Part shown: piece by piece, positions 58,535-64,000 of the stretch
Layout of the letters: every line of letters starts with the position of its first letter
Position numbering within the stretch: position 1 is the first letter of the stretch
Assembly (NCBI RefSeq): GCF_036321535.1
Contig: NC_087436.1
Coordinates: 122,266,001 to 122,330,000, forward strand
Length of the DNA: 64,000 nucleotides
Reading direction: 5' to 3'
From: Camelus dromedarius
Lineage: Eukaryota
The notes under the pieces: model-generated
Database searches by the model: none
What the model saw: only the letters and a program-made list of their open reading frames with translations
Told to the model about the DNA's origin: nothing
Translations under genes and position numbers: made by a program

Positions 58535-60305
58535 ACTCTGCCATCCTAGCTAATACAATAAGACAAGAAAAGGGAATAAAAGGTATATAAATTGGAAAGG
58601 GAGAGCTAAAACTGTCTTTTGTTCACAGATGACATCAGCATCTGTGTGCAAAATCTGAAAGAACAGAACAACTCCTGGAACCTACAAGCAACCGTAGCAA
58701 GGCTTCGGGAGACAAGGCTAATGACACACAAGAGGCAACCACTTCCCCACACGACAGTGGTGAACGGGTACAATCTGCACTCAAAAAAGTGGAACACTTG
58801 AGAATAAACCCAGCAAAACACGTACAAGACCCCAGTGCGGAAAACTACAAACCCCTGGTGAGGGGGAGCAAAGAAAAGCTAAACAAACGGAAAGACGTTC
58901 CACATTCACAGACAGGATGGCTCAGTACCATCATGATGTCCGTTCGTCCTAACTTGATCTGCAGGTCAAGCGCAACCCCGTTCAGAATCCCAACAAGCTG
59001 TCCTGTAGATACCAAAACTGCCCCTGAAGTTCAGGTGGGGAAGCAGAAGACCAAGAACAGCCGATGTAGCACTGGAGAAGGACAAGCTGGAGCACTGGCA
59101 CGCTGGGCCTCCAGGCACCGTGAAGGTGACGGAGCCGGTGTCATGTCGGCAAGATGACAGGCAGAAAAAAAGATCAGCAAAGCAGGCCAGAGAAACCAGA
59201 AGCAGACCCTCAAATAGAGGCAACTCATCTTTGACAAAGGAGCAAAGACGACACACTGGAGCAAAGATAAGTCTTTTTTAAAGACAAAATAAATAAACAC
59301 ACCAAACATGTAGATACAGAGAAGAGTAGTGGTTATCAGAGAAAAGGTGAGGTGGGGAGGGTGACACGGGTAAAGGGGCCAGCTGTATGGTGACAGATGG
59401 AAACTGACTTTCTGGTGGTGAGCACACTGTGGCAGACAGAAGTAGGATTATAATGATTCACACACGAAACGTACTATAAGCCAACGTTCCCTCAAGAAAA
59501 AGACAGTCTTTTCTACAAATGGTGCTGTAACAATGGGACATCTACATGCAAGAAGAAATGAATCTACACAGACTTTACACCCTTCACAAAAATTAACTCA
59601 AAATGGATCATAAATCTAAATGTAAAATGCAAAAGCACAAAGCCTCCAGAGAAAACCTGAACCTTGGGTCTAGCAGCAACCTTTTAGACCTTCTAGATAA
59701 AACACCAAAGCAAAAATCCATGAAAGAGATCATTAATATGCTGGACTTCAGTAAAAAACGAACAAAAAAAAACACCTTCTGCTTTATGAAAGACAATGTC
59801 AAAAGGATGAGGAGACAAGTCACAGATGGGGAGAGAATATCTGCAAAAGGCATTATGTGACAAAGGACTGTTATCCAAAATATACAAAGAACTCTTAAAA
59901 CACAGTATGAAAATAAACCACCCAAACAAAACCGGCCAAAAATCTTAACAGACACCAAAGAAGATACACAAACAGCAAATGAGCATATAAAAAGACGCTC
60001 CACATCATGTCATCAGGAAAATGCAAATTAAAGTGAGACACCACTCCACACCCATCAGAATGGCCAAAATCCAGAAGACCGACAACACCAAGTGCTGGCG
60101 AGGATGTGGAGCAACCGAACCCTCACCACTGTGCACAGGAACGCAGACTGGTGCAGGCACTTTGGACGACAGTGTGGCGGCTTCTTACAGAAGTAAACAC
60201 ACTTCCACCGTATGACTCGGCGATCCCACTCCTTGGTGTTTACCCAAATTGAAAACTGCCATCCATACAGAGACCTGCACACAGATGTTTACAGCAGCTT
60301 CATTC
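58535..60305 (+). mobile_element. L1M ORF2 remnant, interrupted by another L1 3' fragment
   Basis: atcctagctaatacaataagacaagaaaagggaataaaagg...ttcacagatgacatc (degraded RT YADD-like region) ...caactcatctttgacaaaggagcaaag...aaaattaactcaaaatggatca; frameshifted. Confidence 0.85.
59280..59498 (+). mobile_element. Nested L1 3' UTR fragment inside the older L1
   Basis: gatacagagaagagtagtggttatcaga...gtatggtgacagatggaaactgactttctggtggtgagcacac is laurasiatherian L1 3' UTR-like; flanked by the near-duplicate aaagat/c-agtcttttt. Confidence 0.65.
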
Positions 60306-61129
60306 TAGAGGAAAGAGAAAGATGGGGTGGAGGATGGGAAGTTGGTGGGAAGAATGTCCCTCCTGGCCCGGCTGAGCAAGCGCCAAAGCCCTCCTCCCCA
60401 GGCTCCGACCGCAGGCACATGCTGCCCACTGCCCCGCTCTCCAGGCTGCCGAGATGTCCAGCCGCAGGCTGCGGGGCCCGCCCTGTAAACCAAACTGAGG
60501 AGAGTCCCTGTGGAGAAGTCTCAATGCCGGGACACTGAAGTAATGACTTCAGGATATCGCCCAGAGCCACACCAGGAGGGAACCAAGCTCCAAGTCGTCC
60601 TTCCAGCAGCAGAAGAGAGGCTTACAATGGAAAAGTCAAGTCTGCAAATATGGTTTAAACACACATTCTCTACTGTCCCCTTGCTTTCTAATGTGTCACA
60701 CTCGTCCACCTCGAATATATTTTGGTCCTGCCTTCCTGGATGATGACTGAATCAAGGAAGTCTGTGAACAACAGTGACAGAGGACAGAGCGTGCTAAGAA
60801 CAGGGGCTGAGGGCGCTGAGGGCCCCCTTCCTCCACAAGAATTCCCTGAGAAGCTTCATTTTCTAGAATCTGGAATTTACTCACGAAGTTTTGCTTCTCC
60901 TGCAGAAATGCACCTGTGACAGTAAGGACTTAATAACTGACCTATCTCTTGTTTCGTTTTCCCTGCAAAGAAGCTTAGAGCCACAGGCACACTCCAGGCC
61001 AGCCCCCCACAGCCCCAGCCTTAACCTTACGATGACACAGGAGCTGGTATCGTCCCTGGCCCCATGACCCGTCGCTCCCTGTCTTCTTAGTGTAATGTGT
61101 CGAATCTTCCGACGCGTCTCACACGGTGG

Positions 61130-61720
61130 GGATGGGGGTCTAAAATGATGCAGATGCAGCGGGAAACCACCTAGCAGCTCCTCAGAAAGCCACACGCACA
61201 CATGCTGCCACACAACCCAGCAGCTCCACTCCTAAGGATCTTCCCAGCACAGATTTGAAAACATTAAGTTCACACAAAAACTTGTACCAGAATTTTCACA
61301 GAATTATTCAAAAAAGCAAAACAAACTCAACATCCAACAACTGCTAACTGGACAAAAGAAATGGGATCCATCCATACAGCAGGGCATTCAGCTGCAAAAA
61401 GGAACACACTGCAACGTGGGTGGGCCAGGAAAACAGGCCACGAGTGACAGCAGCCAGTCTCAAGGGCTGCGTCCTATGTGACGCTGTTTACACGAAGGGT
61501 CCGGGACAGGCGAACCGGAGGCAGAACATAGAACAGGGGCGCCAGGGGCTGAGGGGAGCAGGGGGACTTCTCCCTGGGAGGACGAACACACTCAGGAATT
61601 GGGTGGTGGCAATGGCTGCACGAACACCGGGCACGTACCAAAAAGCCACTGAACTACGCACTGTTAAATGGTTTAACTTGCGAATTTGATACTAATTTTA
61701 TCTCAATTTTAAAAATACCA
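61130..61720 (+). mobile_element. L1MC/ME-like 3' remnant
   Basis: acccagcagctccactcctaagg...gttcacacaaaaacttgtac...aaagccactgaactacgcactgttaaatgg...aattttatctcaatttt. Confidence 0.65.
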
Positions 61721-62779
61721 AATCTTTTGTTGAATGAAAAGGTATTAAACATATTAAATCATATCTTTCCTGTATCTATAGAGTGTTTTCCTATTTTCCC
61801 TCTAAGACATGCACAAAAGCACGATAAGTCACCGCATACAGCAAACACTGGGGACGTGAAGCCTACGAGCCGGGACTGCAGTCCACTAACGTGCAGTCCC
61901 AGGCCTGGCCCTCCGCACGGCCTGGTGGCCAGCCCGCCCCAGCAACAGCAAGACGGGTCCAGTTCAAGGACAGGGTACACTCCAGGCAGGGCCACTCAAG
62001 GCAGTGAACTGCCAGACACGCCGGCCAGAGGACCTCCACCCAGATTCGGGGAAACACCTGCTGACACTGATGGTGGTCCCGAGCCCTGGGCCCTCAGTGG
62101 AGACCCCCCCAGACACAGCCATCAGCTCCCAGACCCAAGCTTAACAATGAGGCTGCACTTGAGGGCCATCAGGCATCCAAGGAAAACTTACTGTAAGAGG
62201 CAAAAATTTTAAAGCAAAAGAGAACTAGGAGCTTAGAGGAACACACAGCACAGGGAGTGAGAGAAGCTTCCAGGCGTATGCCCACCAGCAGGGAAGCTCC
62301 ACACGCGCTCCGCACAGGGCTCGGGCTGCCCCTGCCTCACCGCCGCCTCCAGGAGGGGAACCGGCGGCCGGGGCTGAGGTAAGTAGAGAGCTTTTGACAC
62401 CAAAGGTTTTAATTCTGAAGCATGTGAATATAGTATCTAATTAAAGTTCTTCAAATTTTCAAAGGAATATTGTGAAACTGTAAAAATATTTCCAAAATAA
62501 TTAAAAATCCCTGCACTCTCTGTAACTCCATTCCACAGCTGCCAAGGGGACAAAAAGAAAACCAGATACCATACGTTACTACAGTCCTGCCAAAAGGAGA
62601 AAAGAAAGGAGGGGCAGGGCAGGAAGGAGGGGGGAGACACGGGAGACGGGAAGAGAAGTGAGGAAGGGGAAAGGAAAGGAGAAACACAGGAGAGAAAAAG
62701 GAAGAAAATCTGAAAATCATGCCAACAAAATACCCACATAATAGGAGTTCCAGAAACGGAAGATTTAAAAAATTATGGA

Positions 62780-63990
62780 AAAGACCTGACCATTTTTCCA
62801 CCGAAGACATGCAGACGGCCGACAGGCACACGCAGAGATGCTCATTGCTGCCTCAAACAGCACAAGTGGAAACCAAGGTGAGCCACCACCTCACACCCGC
62901 CAGAAGGACTGTCGTCAAGAAGACGAGAAACAGCAAGCACTGGTGAGGACGCGGCGAAAAGGAGCCCTCCTGCCCTGCCGGGGGGACACAACGGTGCAGT
63001 CACTGTGGGAGGCGGTGTGCAGGTTCCTCAAAACATTAAAAACAACGACAGGTGATGCAGTAACCCCACCCATGGGGACACATCAGTGGAAAAGAAACAG
63101 GGTATTGAAGAGGTATCTGCACACTTGTGTTCGCCGCAGCACGACTCCCAAGAACCAACACACTGAAACAACCTAGGTGTCCGTCAGTGCACGAACAGAT
63201 GAAAATGATGTCGTTTATACACACAAAGGACATGATTCAGTCATCAAAAAGGAAGTCCTGGCATCTGAGGCATGGACGAACCCAGAGAACATTATGTTAC
63301 ATGACATTAGCTAGACAGAGAGAGGAATATAAAATAGAAAGTCCACCCCACAGAAGCAGAGGGTACAGCAGGTAGTTGCCAGAGGCTGGGGGGAGGGGAA
63401 ACGGGGAGATGTTGGCCAAAGGATACAGACTTTCATCTCTAAGACAAAGTAAGTTCTAAAAATACACTGTAGAGTCACTGCAATTAATAACACACTTGAA
63501 ACAAACCAAGAGGGTGACTCCTGCGCGTGCTCACACTCCCACTGGAAGGCAGCTGGGCAAGAGGACTGACGTGTTAATCAACCCGCCTGTGGAGACTGTT
63601 TCACAACACGTCCAATCGTTACACTGCGCACTCCATTCTTCCAGTTTTCCTAATGCCTTTTCCCCTAGTTTTACTGAGACACGACCGACACAGAGCACTG
63701 CAGGCTTAAGGTGCACACACCATGATCTGACTTACTTCATGCAGTGATTGTCACAGGAAGTCTAATGAACACCTATCACCTCACACAGACGCAACATTAA
63801 AGAAATAGAAACAATATTTTTTCCTCGTGAGGAGAATTCTTAGGATGTACTCTCTTAACTTTCATATGTAACGTACAGCAGTGCTAATTATATTTATCAT
63901 GTTGTGCATTAGGTCTCTAGACATGGTACACTTTAAATATGTACAATCTTATTTGTCAATTACACCTCAATAAAACTGGGGAGAAATGTA
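62780..63990 (+). mobile_element. L1MA9-like ORF2 end and 3' UTR, containing an inverted L1 3' fragment at about 63655-63920
   Basis: catttttccaccgaagacatgcagacggccgacaggcac...gttcctcaaaacattaaaa...; tail ttatttgtcaattacacctcaataaaactggg; the internal segment reads as an antisense L1 3' UTR. Confidence 0.75.
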
Positions 63991-64000
63991 AACAACTGGA

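Noticed and set aside
58535..60305. Reverse-transcriptase-like ORF fragments (58619-58801, 58789-59157, 59603-59860, 60021-60215)
   Set aside because: Frameshifted, stop-riddled remnants of an old L1 ORF2, not an active or domesticated RT system

Overview
This is a GC- and CpG-rich mammalian genomic window orthologous to the human 4p16.3 Wolf-Hirschhorn region. A tRNA-derived SINE resembling the camelid Vic-1 type suggests a camelid source (inference). The + strand carries the last 8 coding exons of NELFA (WHSC2; 997-4459, probable poly(A) signal ATTAAA at 4880). The - strand carries all 21 coding exons of the H3K36 dimethyltransferase NSD2 (WHSC1/MMSET; 54904/54844 down to 7957), the MMSET-I alternative last exon (29299-29361) and the intronic H/ACA RNA SCARNA22/ACA11 (9949-10073). 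The two genes converge tail-to-tail about 0.4 kb apart. Introns hold old L1, MLT1, MER58 and MIR remnants and microsatellites. Nearly all other ORFs in the six-frame track are GC-rich or antisense shadows. I found no evidence of a wholly new biological system. The most notable oddities are: the canonical NSD2 ATG reads GTG; a GC-AG intron follows the post-SET exon; an Asn-to-Ile change sits next to a SET active-site Tyr; a SINE is inserted in the branch-point zone of NSD2 exon 3; five consecutive stop codons follow exon 9; and two NELFA introns are in frame and stop-free. Comparisons to human are from memory of the human proteins and need confirmation by alignment. Repeat boundaries and subfamily names are approximate.
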